Below, in pieces: positions 41,830 through 57,200 of a stretch of 64,000 nucleotides of DNA (positions are counted from its first letter, which is position 1; every line of letters begins with the position of its first letter). The notes beneath the pieces are model-generated. The model was not told the origin of the DNA, did no database searches, and saw only the letters and a program-made list of their open reading frames with translations. Source of the stretch: Tubulanus polymorphus (taxonomy: Eukaryota > Animalia > Nemertea); assembly GCF_964204645.1 (NCBI RefSeq), contig NC_134031.1, positions 20,529,910 through 20,593,909 of the forward strand, read 5' to 3'. The position numbers and the translations under genes were made by a program.

Positions 41830-44800
41830 CAGGATTTTGAAGAATGGCTTTCAGCTGCGATCCAGAATCATCTTTATGTTACAGTGGAACCTCGTACAAA
41901 CTACCCGGGATATAGTGACCTATCGATATAGTGGCATGATCGTGATCATGATTGATTCTGTAGTGTACAGGGTAGATAGGCGGCCAGCCGGGCCAATTAT
42001 CAAGCTCGGCAGGAATGAGAAACGAGGTATCAATTTCTTTAGCCTTACTGGACATTTGAATTGACAAGTAATTAGTTAACCCTTGATGATCCAAGATTCC
42101 GTCTACAAATGAATAAACAACAATTATTTTTTATGAAATGGTATCATTATTCGGCAATGGACACATTTTTATATAGCTTTGCGATGTTTTCTTTTAATAC
42201 AAAAATTACATTTATCCTTATGAGAAGAAATATAAGACGCGTAGTGTTTTAAAAGTAGAGAGAGAGAGAGAGGAATGTAGCCTTACAAAAAAAAAGAACT
42301 TTCAAATTACGTCATATCATCTCGAAAAAGCAGCTACATCGATAACAATCATAATTAACGCCTATATATTTTGTGTTAATGCCTACGCACAGTTCTAATA
42401 AGCCTCAAAGGCAACAAATACAAACTCAATCGGATTGAAAAATGAAGTACGTTGTAGATTGAATTTCATCGGGCATTTTTTATTTCAATGCCAAATTATG
42501 AAGGCAAAATAATAATTACCGACAATCTAAGCAAAAAATTGCCACAAATGTCGAAATCTATTTTTGATGAATGAGAAATCATGTAAGACCCTGGCGGCTT
42601 CAGAACTGTAAATAATTTGACTTGCGCCTTAATTTGTTACTAATGCACCTGGAACCTGGATATTACAACAGGAAAACCAATAATTCCCCTAAAAACTTTT
42701 TCATATATACATGTATCCAACATACATTCTGACATTTGGACAAGTGAAATTGAAATATGAACATTTTATGGAACCTGCGGCCGGTTGCATAAGACCAACT
42801 TAGTTCTACAGCCAATCTAACAACTTAAGACCAGTCTTAAGATTTAAGACCACTTTTGGACTCATGACGTGACTGCGCGACCAGCCCTTGTTTTTTTATG
42901 AGGCAATTGATAAAAAGATGTTCAATTTAGCTTTCACAACACTATCTGGTTTTTTCATCACAATACACTACCAGGTCTCATTTTCAGTGAATATCAATGA
43001 ATATCACGTTCAACTTCAGTTCAACACGTGTCCCTGAATTTTCATTGGTTACATGTAATTCAAAATGTTAAAATGGGCACCTTTAACTTCCGAGTTGGTG
43101 TCGATATATTAAGCTTAAATTATGCGTACAATATGAAGTAGTACATTACATGAATGATTTATTCTATTAATAATCATTGATTATTTCCACGTGACAGCAC
43201 AAAAATCACTTCAGAAATACCAACAAAGAGCTCTTGCTAACGCCATCACCTGCAGAGGTGCAACAACCACTCACTATTTAGCTATGTGCAGGACTACACT
43301 GCTAATATTTTCAATTGAAAGTCAACGAACAAATGGCCTTTGGATATAGAAGGCCAGACATTTTATCACTACGCTTTCAAAAAGTGATCATCAATCAAGA
43401 TTTTAAATTATGGTGTATGCCTGAAGGACTCAAGGTTCAAGGTACCTGCATTGAGCATCTCCCACATGCTATAGGGCATGTGTTCAAGAAGCCAAAGCTT
43501 AGACCTCACAGATGATGAGGAAGCGAAGGGCCAGTTTAGCAAGTTCTCTCATGATTTCCATAGTGGGTATTTCCGATTAATTATCAAATTCCTTTCCAGG
43601 CAAAATTACTCGAGTTTTTCCATGATATCACGTGTAAGTTCACACTACGTAATCGCGGTATTTTTACGGTATTATGATTTTCATATATATTATTTCTACG
43701 ATGAAAGCTAGATTTTTTTAACGGTTCCATAAACATATATTGCTGCACACGAAGATCACAGAGAAACGACTCCTAATAATAGTATAATAGGTATATTTAT
43801 AGAAGGAGAAAGAGCAGAAGATACTACAGTAAAATAACAGGTAACATCTGCTTCAGACACCTCAACACACGCACACACGCACACTCACGCATTTCAAAAT
43901 AATACATATGCATATTAACAAATGAGTATGACGGACACTTATTGGTACACTAAAAACTCATCGCTATTTAAGCCCAACGGACATGGCGAGGAAAAAAGTA
44001 TTTTTCATCCCATGTGCGTTGGATGTGTTGTGTTTTGCAAAACAACATCCAAGGCTTAATAACCAATCAGGGGGCAACAATGTATCACATGACATAAATA
44101 AAAATTGATGTGAATAACTGAGTTTATTTTTACGACATGGACTCCATGGAACTGTTTTCTGGCCATTTTAGTTTTGCCACGTGCGTTGGGCTTTACTGGC
44201 ATCACTGTCAAAAGAAATATAGTGAACTCTGCCTTACTTTCTAGTGTTTGGGACTGTTTATATTTCACCGAGTTGAGACATGAAGGAAATGGAAGATTTT
44301 TCCAAATGAATTTTAGTAAAATTCACCAACTCGAGTCAAATCTCAATCTTTTTTAAGTGAATACAAGTATTGTAAACAAGAACTGAGAAAATATTTAAAA
44401 TTTCTATATTCAGTCTACCCAATCTTAAAGTGGTTTTGGTCTTCAAAAACTAAGCAACACGACCAGCGTCAAAAGAAGTATATTGTAAAAATTCCATCCA
44501 AAGCTCAAAATTTATGTTCGATTAATATAAAACATGGCCAAAACGCGATCCAAACGTATTTTAAAAACGATTTCCGTTAAAAAAAGAGTTAATCAAAAAC
44601 ATTTTGAAATTCTATTCTAGCCGATATGATGACAAACCATCTGAGATAAAGGGGACATTTGATCCAGCCACCGAATTAGAGAATTAGACTATTTATTTTT
44701 TACTCTACTCAAAATTACCCTTCAATTTACAATTCGACGATGTATAAAGTTGAATTTTTTTTCTGTTCAGCTTGATGAGTGGTCGAAAATTGACAATTGC

Positions 44801-47800
44801 AAATCGTTTTCATCTATTTAAGCCACGGTCACGAAAGTTCACTCAATATTAGTTGAAATCTAGAAGAAATTGAACATCTAGAGAAACTGGTGGATCCTCA
44901 CTTGCCATAAGTGGAATCGTCGATTACTCAAGGAGTACTTAATCCTTGAGTAAGCCACAGTTCCCCATCAAGGATGGATCAAATTCGGTTGGGTCTGGTC
45001 CGGCCCAGTTTAACCCGGGTTCAAATTGTCTACCGTGTGATTGCAGCTTTTCAGTTGTGTGTTCATATTGCTTTCGTGCGCTAATAAACTATGGACATAC
45101 ACACATGTATACCTGCAACATCAAACATTAGTACAAATTATCTATATATATATATACGGTATGTTCTAAAATATATTTACAATCAATGTACGTAATTAAT
45201 CAGTATAATCAATATAATCAATCTAGCACCAGCCGTTTCTACCAAACGATACCTTGCAAAAATTATGCCGCGTACTTGAAAAAAAAAAATTACGCGACAG
45301 CTCGATATATGTACACACACACTCACATACGCAATGGGAAAATTGCAGCAAGCATTTTTGATTTAAAAAGCGCGGCAGTTTTATTGACACTTGATTATTT
45401 TCGATTATTTTGTTTTTATTACCATGAATTCAAAGAAGAAATCAGCAGTGTGAATGAAGTAGTAAGTATATATTCCCGCCATGAACGAAAATGAAATGAT
45501 CTAGTTCCAGTTGTGAGTTAAATCCGACTAAAAGAGTTGAAGACGTTCAGCCAATCAGACCAATTGACCATTGTAAATACTGGCCAGCATTGCCTCCAGT
45601 GAGTGTATGTAAAACACGGAAACTGGCTTTAGTTGAAACCCTCTAGATCCCCCCCCCTAAATTGGCTCCAAATGAAATCGTGACGAAAAATGAATTCACG
45701 AACAATTTTTATTTACAACTGATGAACAAAGATTGTCCGAGGTTACTTCATATCTGTGATGTACGTTACGTTACGTACAAGGCCTGTCGGGTATCTAAAA
45801 AAATCAATATCTGGCTTTAACTTTTGTACATAGTAAACACTCTCATAAGTCTCAATCTATTGTCAATGAATGCGCAGTTTATAAGCCATATTTGTTGATA
45901 TTGTGCCATTTAGAAATTAACTGTACAGTTACACTGCAAACATTGAAGTTTTATGGTGTCTATCAGATATAGAGCCAGTCCTTTACGCCTTTCATAATAG
46001 ACCTTATTCACAGAAGTCAAACCCTCATATTGTCGGTCAAAACACTGTCAACCATGAATTGTTACTTCAGTAAGCCAGGCTTGCGCTTGACTGACATTAT
46101 GACATACAAGCCCTATTTCAGGTGAAACACGGTTTCATTTTTGAATGGCCTAACACTTAAGACAACGAGAATTACAAAACTGTACGCACAGAAGCACTTG
46201 AAAAATACAACGCGATATATAAATCAATAAAAATATCAAAACTGAACTTATTCTCTAATCGAACCCCTTTCAATGCAAAGCACACCAAAAGCCACCCATT
46301 TAGGACAGGTCATAAGCCGACCAAACATAAAAAAAACATTCCTGAGTCACATACTGGTACAAATTATACTTAAAAATATCCTCACAACTGTAATCTCTAT
46401 TACTAACTGGTACTCAACATTACGTCCTATATGACAATTTACGATTCAAAAAACTGGTGAATGAAACTGGCATATCGACAACTCTTAAGCCAATTACTTA
46501 AACATTTATGTCTGGCCATTTAACACATTTTAGTACTTTCAATGACCTTGTCTTATCAAATTATTTTCAACTTTCTAGCATACAACATTCAAGAAGCAGC
46601 AGTGGTATCTAGATCCACGAACCTCAATTCCTCGTAGAATTTCAAAGTCAATCACCGAATTCTAGTAGTCTCACAGAAAATGAGTTATTTGACAGAATAG
46701 AAGTTAATCTGATTTTGAAAGCATTGATACTAATGGGAGAAGTTGAGTTCCTATGAACAGTAGAAACTACTCTCACATAGTAGCCATAGTCAGGTCTGAA
46801 CTGCTGTACATGCCTTGCACGGGTAACATAATACAAATAGGTTCAAACAGTTCGAGTAATACAGCATCAACAGCAGCAGCAAAGCTGAGCGAAATCAAAA
46901 ATACCGGTACACGGTTCCGTAAATGCATGCAAGCGATAATTTGTACAAATTTACAATTCATTTAATATCTAATCCTTTGATAAATATGCCAATATACAAA
47001 ACATTAATTACATACATTTATGTAGTACATGATTTTGGTCAGGTTTTTGGTATTCGTTTATATACAAAATATCAATAATAATAATCATCATTGATAATAA
47101 TAACGTATTAATACACGTAATAATAATAATAATAATAATAAGTTAGTTTATAGTAGTATTCTAACATGACAATTTGAATATTGAAATGCATGATTAGATT
47201 TTTGTTCCAGTTGTACATTGCGTGCATTTTCCCTCAGCAGGGATATGAACCTGATTCGGTATTGTTGGGTATTTCAAAATGGTAACGGACATCTTTTCTT
47301 GAAAGGGATATATGGGAAATTTGATTGATATCTTTAGTTAAGCTCAATACAGGTGCGCACATAGCTATCATAGAACATACATTAAACCACACGTAATTAG
47401 GATGTTTTAAAACCAGATTTTCTCTTGGAAAAAATCTTGAATTGATTCGTTTACAACATGCATCAACAACTGTGGGATATTTGAGTGGCTTAAAGCCAAT
47501 GGTTTCAATGCATTTTTGATTTTTGGGCCATACAATAGAGGACTTGCACGTGACATCATAGTTAGCTTGCCTGGGCTTGAGACTTGCCACACTTAACAAC
47601 TAAAAATAAAGGGGTGGGAGATTGACAGACTTCAGCAGTCTGTCATGTTTATTACGTATTGTGTCGGACCACATAAGGTCTTGCACATGAGGTCATAGTT
47701 AGTTTGCCAACCAGTGTCGGAGACCTACCTCATATAACAACAAATGATCAGGGGATTCGCAAACTTTGAGCGTCTGTCATACAAATCACTTATTATGTTT

Positions 47801-48218
47801 GGCAGCCACAATGGCATAGTAATAATGGTAAAAGCACATGGCTACGAGACCTGTATAGTGAAGTCACATTGTAAAAGCACATTACTGTTAGACTTTTATA
47901 GCATCTTCAATCTCAGATCTGACTACCTATGTATACATATACACATATATTCATTCCATTCATGAACATTATGTCAATACACACTGTATTAATAATACAG
48001 ATAATATACAGTTTATTCATATAGATACATGTACACACGCATACATACATACATTCTAACACTCGTCACAATTGAATGAAGCAGTCTTTAACGGAGCTGA
48101 CCAATAGCAGCTCTCACGAGGCTGGTAAAACACTTTCATCTGTCATAATCTTATCGTTGTCATTTAGTTCGTCGTTGAGTATGGTTTGAACACTTTTTCA
48201 TGATCGTCGAATTCGTTT

Positions 48219-51200
48219 TCATAATTGTTCGTCGTTGTTCATTACCGGTAAATCTTCCTCGTGGTGAACGTACGTGCACGGGAAATATCCGATCTATTCG
48301 TTCGTCGTGAAATAAATATAGAATAGAATGAAAATTATTTAATGTCATATCGTTACCAAAAACTTAATCTGCTAAGAATCCAATGAATCAACACAGTCAA
48401 ATAAGTAAGATATAGACGGCAACAGATTATACTCGCGATTTACCAATCTCAACAAATTTCCCTGACTTTTTAGCTATTCTAAAAAATTCCCTGACTATTC
48501 CCTAATTTCCAGTAAGTGGCCACCCTGAATAGGCTGAACCCCAACTCGCTATCCATCCGCCTTTTTTGACTGTTATATTACTCTGGTTAAATGGGTATAT
48601 TTCATACCTTTCCGTCTAGCATGCCCTTCCACCAGCCACGCTGTTCTCCTTGTTTACTGATTATCGCCACTCTGTCTCCTTCCTGCAGCGATAGATGATT
48701 CGCTTTCGTCGCCGCGAAATCATACGACGCGATCGCGTAACCGATTATCTGATTCGATTTACCCGCCGCTGAAAACAGTCAACAAAACATCGTCTTCAAT
48801 TATCTGAGCTTCACAGCACCGTTGAACAATGATGATCTATCTGTTTTCCAGTGTTATCAGGAGACTGAGTTTGACAATCACTTGTTACTGTTAACTTAAC
48901 CCAAGCGGAATAAACCAGTTTTATTACAGATCGTAAAGTTTGTTGTGATGAGGTCCTACGGTACAGCTTAGAATAAACTTAACATCATCAATGTTCATCA
49001 TCTGTTACGTTTATTTTTGGACAGAAATTAAGCGCAATTTAAACGCAAAACGTACATTATCGCATCGGCTTTCAAACATGTTCCGATCATGTGTGCAATG
49101 TGTTTGAATAAAGTAGTGCAATAAATCAGAACAATTAACGTTGAGTTTATTCTAAGCTTACTGTATCATAACAGAGTTGTTAAGACTGGTGATTTGTTTG
49201 TTCTTAAATCAACTACAAGTAAAGAGTACGTGAAGGGAAACCAACACCGCTACAAAAATCGAGAAATGGAAAGATTTACAGAAAACAAAATCACATTTTT
49301 AGCTCAGTCAAGTTAACAGCTACTGTACATATCAGAGGCCTGGTTTCAATAATACTACATTAGAGAAGTGATTCATTTCCGGAACCAGTTGCAATTCACA
49401 CGCAATAATTTGACCTGTGCTAGGATTTGGCTCGGGGCCTGGTCTGACGTTTTTGGTCAAGCCAAATATGGCTTGGACCTAACAGGCATGGACCCATTTG
49501 GCACCGTGTGAACAGTTGTTCCAGGCCTAAATTGGCACGGGCAAAAACGCTTGCGTTATCGCGACTTATGAAACCAGACCAAAGACAATAAAAACATTCG
49601 GTCACATAAAAACTTTCACGACAATAAAACAACACCAGGTTTCAAAAACATGCTAAAGATGAAGTGCCAGATTTCCGTGTGAGTGGTTGATCTATTGAAT
49701 ACGAAAAAAAGTTAAACGACGAGAAGTTTTCAGGGAAGTGAGAGGGAGACAACATCTCTCTTACCGGACCAATTTTTGTCTTCAATCACACCAGCGCCGG
49801 CCGCCACTAGTTACATAATAACATTATTGAATATCAGAAATTGGTAGTTATGACTGATATGAATATTCTGTGCACAGTCCCTTAGTATTCAGTAAAACTT
49901 CAGTTCATTTTTAAATATACAGGTTGCGCCACTTTTATTTCACTTGATTTCCAGGTAAGTGGCCACCTTGCTATATGTATACATTTCATATTCATCTTAT
50001 CTTATTCAAATTTCAAATGAGAAGAACTGTGTTAAGCTACCCCTGAAAACAGACTGAGTACCAGTTCTATAAATGATCCTGGTTCTATTGTCTTTTAGGA
50101 ATTTCAATCGTAATAAGTAGTCAGACATTTCTTTGAATGATACATACCTGCCGTACTTTCTTTGAATGGAATTTGTAATTTCGAATCTAAATCTTTGAAG
50201 CTTTCGCCGAGCGTATTTTTCTGATAGAAATCTATCAACTCCTAGAAAAACAAAAACGTAAGATATAACATCGTTCACCAGTTTTTCCTGTTACGATAGA
50301 TAGTGTAACTCAATAGTAAAACTGAAGGTATTTCTAAGTCTTTCCATATAGCAACTGATTTACAGTTTATCTAGTTCAAATAAATATGTCCTTCATTTTT
50401 GCAGTCTAGTCGTAACTTACTGGAACACTTTTGAAGTATTTCACATCAGCAATGAAGAACTGATCGTTATTGCGGTTGACTTTTATATGTTTCACCGATG
50501 AACCATATCTGAATAGAAAACAGAAACAGAAACGTGTCAGACAAGTAAATCATGGAATCATGAAGTTGATTCAACAAGGGCCACGGTCTTAAAGTTATCA
50601 AAGGATCTTTATACCATTTTGCAGTATCATTCGACAGATGCCTCGACCAATAAACGCTTTCAGAAATATAATACTTACTTGATACTTATTGCATATTCGC
50701 CCTTCCGCGTTGGATTACAACTCTCACGCACTAAAAATGTACTCGACGGATGCCGATCTAAATATTGCGTCGCCACCGTGCGTTCCATTTCACCCATGAA
50801 CCTATACAGTCAAAAATCATATTGAAATTATCATTTCGAAATTTTCGGAAGGTGGATGCCTTGAAAATGTCAAGAAGAACTAAGCAACGAAATGCATTTT
50901 CTAATCTCGATTTTCAAACCATTCCAGAGCAGTTTATCATAATCATATTAGATCAGTTACGGTAATCATAAGTTAGTTTTAGGATGAAAACAGCGATGAT
51001 GTCTAAATCTAATAATCGTGAATGAAAATATCTCAACTGAAAACTTAATTCACCAAAACTATTGAATAATTACTACAAAGAAACATGCAATGTTTAGCGT
51101 ACGAAAATCATGCGAAACGAACAGAAAAATTCAAAGAAAAATCTCTCTAACAAATTATTTCTGATTCTTCAATACACGATTATAGGCGAATTCTTATATT

Positions 51201-54200
51201 AAGATTAGAAAAGTTAGGAAAACGTTAGCAAGCTAAGCTAAGATTTCTCACACAATTTTTACCATTTCTCCATTCAAGAGAAAATCGAATACGAGGAATT
51301 GTATAAAGTCGGTATTTATTGTTGATTTCATCCATTTAAATCATACTATTGACATATTTAGAGTTATCGGGTTCCAGTTGCTTTGAAGTTGGTTAAAGTG
51401 AACAGTGGACGTTTCTGCAACTTCTGACCGTATCAGCCATGCTGGAAACATCTATCTTGAGGCCGGGTGGTTACCGTAACTCATAAATGGATCTTTCCCT
51501 TGTTTTCAACGATGATTACATACATTCAACAATTTCATTATTATTTTTTGATTTACTGGAGATTTTTGTGACCATTCTCATGGAATGGAGAATGAGCCTG
51601 CTTTATACGTAAAGGCAGCCAGGATTTCTCTACTTTCATATTTCATACATATATTCATTGATTCTTTAAGCAAGTTCCGACCCTGGTAAGCGCGCAGGGA
51701 TGATAAAGCTGAACATGCTGCCAGGCCGTCTACACGGCGCTGTGTTTATATAAATATATATATATACCTACCACGAATAACCGTTCAAATCGTGAAGATT
51801 TACGTAAGAATGTTGAGATTTACGAAATAAGTTGTAAAACACTTCGCCCTCGGGCACGTCACCGCGGGGTCCTCCGCTGACGACGTAGGGTGGAGTAGCC
51901 GGCGACGATATATTGGACAAACGCTGGGACGACGCCGTTGAACTACTACGCGAATGATTGCACACAACAAAGTCACCAGACTGGAAAAATGGTAAAAAGC
52001 CTCTACGGTATAGTTATATGATTTACGGCAAAAAGAAAAACGTTACTTTTCCCGAAGCGTACATCGAAAGCATTCTGTTGATATAATATAAACGAATAGT
52101 ACAACCACCTATCGGGAGGTAGACAACGAAAGCATCGATTCCAGTTATTCCATCTGAGGAGTTAGGAGAACTGTTCGCTACATTGAAACGCTCAATACAA
52201 CCCGGCAACCAGATGTAGTACAGTCGAGACTTGGATTTATGATGAGAATAGACTCATCTCGATTCTATGACCAATCTATAGCCGCGATCACGCGAAGACG
52301 ATTAAGCCTGGTCCGACGGTTTTGGCATGGGCCCATTTGGCACGCATGTAAACGTTGTCCCAGGTGTAATTTGGCCAAATTTCAACCGAGCAAAGTGATC
52401 TTGGCCATCTATTAAGACAGGTGTTAAGATTTCAAAACCGATTTTGGATTTAAGTCACGACTGTATCTACCGGTTATTGAGTCGAATTAAACCCTTCACT
52501 GTGGAACTGAGCTGTACTCATAGATTATTCTACATCTAATGATAATGACTACAAGATTAAAAGTCGTAGATCTATCAGTTTTCAGGTCCATTCTTTCTCT
52601 ATACATCGTTCGATTAAAGAATTCAATTAGCATTCGATTGAAAATGAGAATGTTTTCATATTGCTTCTTCAATAATGATCTTTTTATTGAAAATTACATT
52701 GGGTGCAGAAAACTGGGCGGCTTAATGGATAAAATGGATGAAACACTGATAGATCTATTTGACGTGTTGTGTATTATAATGTGATTAAAAAGAAAATGAC
52801 AAAAAACAACACTGCACTGCATCGCTGACTCATGTGGTGATAATACTAAACGCAGGAGTAGGTCGGCCTTGTGACTGCCAGCAACTCTTTGTCACGCTGT
52901 AAATACCTGTCAATCTACATGCAACATGTCACACTTGTTCTTCTGAGATAAAAATTCCAAGTTTTTCCCATTTCACAGATATTATATAGGAAAATGTCGC
53001 CTTTATAAAAAGGAAGAGATACCATCATACTACAGTCAATATTTTAGCGGTGACTGGTTGATTAAGGGGATTTTCAAAAGAAATTGCTGAAGAAAGTTGC
53101 CCTTAGCAAACGCTATAAGTGATATGTAAATGAATCTCCCGAATATTTCCCGGATTAGAGGAAAATTTCTAAAAATCCCGAATATTTCCAAACTTTCCTA
53201 AGTTTTTCCCAATTTCCCGGTTATGTTAGAACAATGAGTTTGACACACACACCATCACCCGATTTGCGACCAGTTGCAATCCATCGCGCTCCATGTTACA
53301 AGCAATCACGAGTCGACCTACGCCCGCGTTAAGGTTGGGGATTATAGAGTACGTATGACAAAAATATTTCTACAAAACAAAAAGAGAATATATGAAAGAA
53401 AATCAATGAAAACGTGGATAGTATTTAAAGCATCATCCTCGATGTACTCGTCCTCGATGTACTCATCCGCTGATAACAGTCGAGGATCTGCAGTGATCTT
53501 ATGCCGCTGGTTACGCGAGTTAATTTCACCTTTGCCAATGAGCAGAGAACTGTGTTTTTGATTTGATACTATTACTGTGTTACGAACTATGTTCTACGCG
53601 TATTTGGTTAACCGTTTGTTAGGTAGCCAGATTTATATTTTACACTCCTTTCACTATTTAATTCACTTCAAACAGATAAGCAGTAAGGGAGGAGGCAATC
53701 CAGAGAATCAGAACATTCGGCCCGAAATAAGAAATTGTCGGTGTTTTAGACGTGAAAGTCATTTGGATTGGTCAGCTAACTGACGAATGAGAACTGAGAA
53801 CAAGGACATTTTGATGATTGGTCCAATGCATTCTCAGCTAGTTTACCAATAAGAACACTTAACCTTGACAGAATTGCTTTTAGATATTGTTCTGATCTCA
53901 GATCGTTAAAAACATTTCCAAACTGCCGAATGTTTTTTTTTCAGTTCAGTTATCTACTGCTGCATAGGCGAAAATGTAAATTTTCTTCGTAAAATTTCAA
54001 AGCGCCGACCGATACCGAGATTCTACACGACTGCGTGTATCACCAAAAGCAGGCGTAAGAGTATAATGTGCTAGCGGCGCCATCTACGATCACCGGAGAG
54101 ACATAGTTAACATACCACGGATATTCGTTCATATCGGGATAATGACGCGGATGATCGGAGGGAGGAAGAGGGGGCGGCGCGCCATTTTCATCCGTGCCAT

Positions 54201-57200
54201 TTACGCCAATAGGTACCGAGTGAGTGGTGTGCTCCTCGTAAGACGTCGCCCGACCCATCTACAAATAACATATAAATATATACATTTCTACAGCTAGTTT
54301 AAATGATTCTAGGATAATGCTGTGGACAGAAGCCCACCGGTTTATTGCTCTCCACAATAACCAGCGCCTAATAACCCCCTAGACAATAATCCCCTCGCAT
54401 ATTGTCTGGAGAATTAAGGTCACTTCGTTACAACTGTGCAACAGGGCCATGAGTTCAACAAAAAAAAAGAATTTCAACATTTATGCTTCAATCAGTTGCT
54501 ATAAGAAACTTTTGAGAAAAATCTTTCATCTATGCATTCAAACATATGGTGAAATAAAAGTTTTTCTGTAACAAAAAATTCAGTATATTTAAGACATCTG
54601 AAATGAAATATCAGGCTTGTATTAAAAATGACGTGCTCATAATTAGATCATTATAACGCATTCAATATTTTCGTGAATTTTTAGTGTTTCAAATGATTTT
54701 TCAAGTCTTTATGAACTTAATTCACTGAATTCATTTTTGATACAAATATAAAGGGACACTTACACCAGGCCTGTGTTCTCGCACATTATTACTTGGAAAC
54801 CAACCTTCTTGTCGATGAAGCCTGCCCTGTAAAAACAAAACAATTTACAATCAATGAGTGAACTGAAAAGCGTGGTTTAATTAGAAAATATATTTTCCAT
54901 CTTAGTCACTCAAATAAATGTATATCAAAACTAGGAAGTACAGACAAAGGGATGAACAAAAAGGGAATGCTGAGGCCTGAGTGGGCTAAAAAAAAAAGTT
55001 GGAAAAGCTTACCTCCCACCAAGTCGAATCTTCACGATTGATCACTTCTAATACATCTAACGGATCAAATTGCAGACCTTTATATCCATTTGGCGGGGGC
55101 GGCGTTCCACGGTAACTTCTGATAGCTTTTACTTTTACTGCAAGATCAAAACATACATGCATTCAGTGAAAAGAGGGTCGCGGTCCTGCGATCAGAAAAT
55201 CAAACTTTCCGATGAAAGGCTGTGAATAATATAACAGTGAATACTGTTATACTATAATCTGGATTTAACTGTGTACTATTTCAAGCATGAATTATCTTTT
55301 ATACGTTGGGCAGTTTGTGATTTACACATCATCGAACACATGTATTTATACCGTTCAATGATGTACTGTGGGTGAGAAATAAACTAAACATCTTTGAATA
55401 CAGTCATTTGTCCCCTATCATAGTTTACCAGGGAACACGTTTACAAAGCCCTCGACAAACTGGTCTCTGATCATAGGCTAGAAATGATGATACGTACCTA
55501 TACACGGTCTCTGAGGCAGACGATGTGGAGATCCTGATGTTACCGGCGGTCGTGGAGGTGGCTCTGGTTTCACTGAATTACGAAGTGACGTCGCCGCTGA
55601 AATAAATTCAGTACAATTTTGGTTTTCAAACTGCCAATTTTTCTAAACCACTTTCGTTTCATTAAATTCAACTATGAATAATATCTATCTTACTGTCAGC
55701 TTTCTTGATGCATTCTTTGTGGACAGCCATCTGAGAATCTGCAAACAAATTTAACAATCATGGAATCTACTGACTGCATGCTCTGCATTACTTGGTTCTA
55801 AGGGGTAAATATCCTCTACAGGGTTGTAGGTGTCAGGGCTGCTAACCTCTATGATTGTTGTATAATTGAAAATGAACTCAGTGTTCCCCGGACTCACTGA
55901 TATATCAACTGGTCATGGAGTGCCTTGGAAAATAATACGTCAAAAACAGGGGCAGCATTTTTTTGTCAGCCATTTTGAGGAGATCGTCAAATTTACCCAG
56001 TGTGACTAACAAATCATGATTAGGAAAATAATCTGATTTGACAGGATAAATTTGCCTTCGCGATAATGCTCTGCAATTTACTTACTTTTGCATAGATATC
56101 CTTGAAAGAAGACACCCCTGAGCAACCGTCCACAAACATTGCATTCTGTCGGTTGAGTGAACGTATGCATTACAAAGTCATGATTGTTACGTCTATATCC
56201 GTCTGGCTGATTGTTATCTCTGAATCATAATAAAAGAGGTATTTTCATTTTTAAAAAGGACTAGAGAGATGAACTAAAATTTATAGAAATATTGCGTATA
56301 AAATCTAAAGCCAAAATCGCACTAAGATCAAATCCGATTTCTGTGAATTGGTCTTCAGAACACAAATTTTTTTGCCATCGTTTAACTATCTGTTCATGTA
56401 CCGCTATCTCGATACTCTTCCCAAACATTATTTTCCCCAATTGCCTGATTTTCCAGGTTTATCGGACCGGAGTGGTCACCCCGAAGAAGTATACCATATA
56501 CCCATACGTGACCTGGGAACGCACAAAAAAACAAACGGTAATATTTACAGCGCAATTTTGATGTTTTCGATCCATTTATCTCGCATGTCATCGGTTTTAG
56601 CGTAAAATGTAATCGCTGTTGTGTTATTTTTCTCCACAAGTAAAAACGGACTATTCCACTGAAATGACAGAAAATTATTTGAATCAACATGGTAAAGAAA
56701 TTAGAGGGAAAATAGATCAAGATTGAAAAGTTACTTCCGATCCCCATCCATAGTATCAGTCATACGTTTCAAAGCAGTGTTAACCACCCTAGTTTACAAA
56801 CTTATACCAACACATGACCTACTGCAATAGGGGAGCCTATACATGCACCATAACTAAGTAAAATCTGACATAGTTTAATTGAAAATGAACTAGAAATGAC
56901 TCTGACATTTTCATGATGTCATCGAATGGGTCAAGTTAACCCTGCTTTAAAAAATGATGCTCGTGTAACCTATTTATCACAGACCTGATCAGAGATTTAT
57001 GCTCACCTTATCACCTTTAGTTTTTAACATATTTCCGGCATTGTCTATTTTATAGTTAGCCAGAATCAGACAATTTTTGTAGCTATAAACTTCACCCTGA
57101 AAAGACACAGAAAACAAAATGGCGTTTTTATTTGAATATCGATCATAGTTGATGAAATCCACTGCCAAATCAATTCAACTGAGGACTTTATTCAAATCTA

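Noticed and set aside
53230-53550. Extra Vav exons (minus-strand [12 protein letters not shown] stretch and an adjacent open segment)
   Set aside because: They look coding-like, but I could not assign consistent splice sites or homology.
56562-56658. Apparent frameshift in a Vav PH exon
   Set aside because: Recounting the A-run gives an intact frame ([29 protein letters not shown]).
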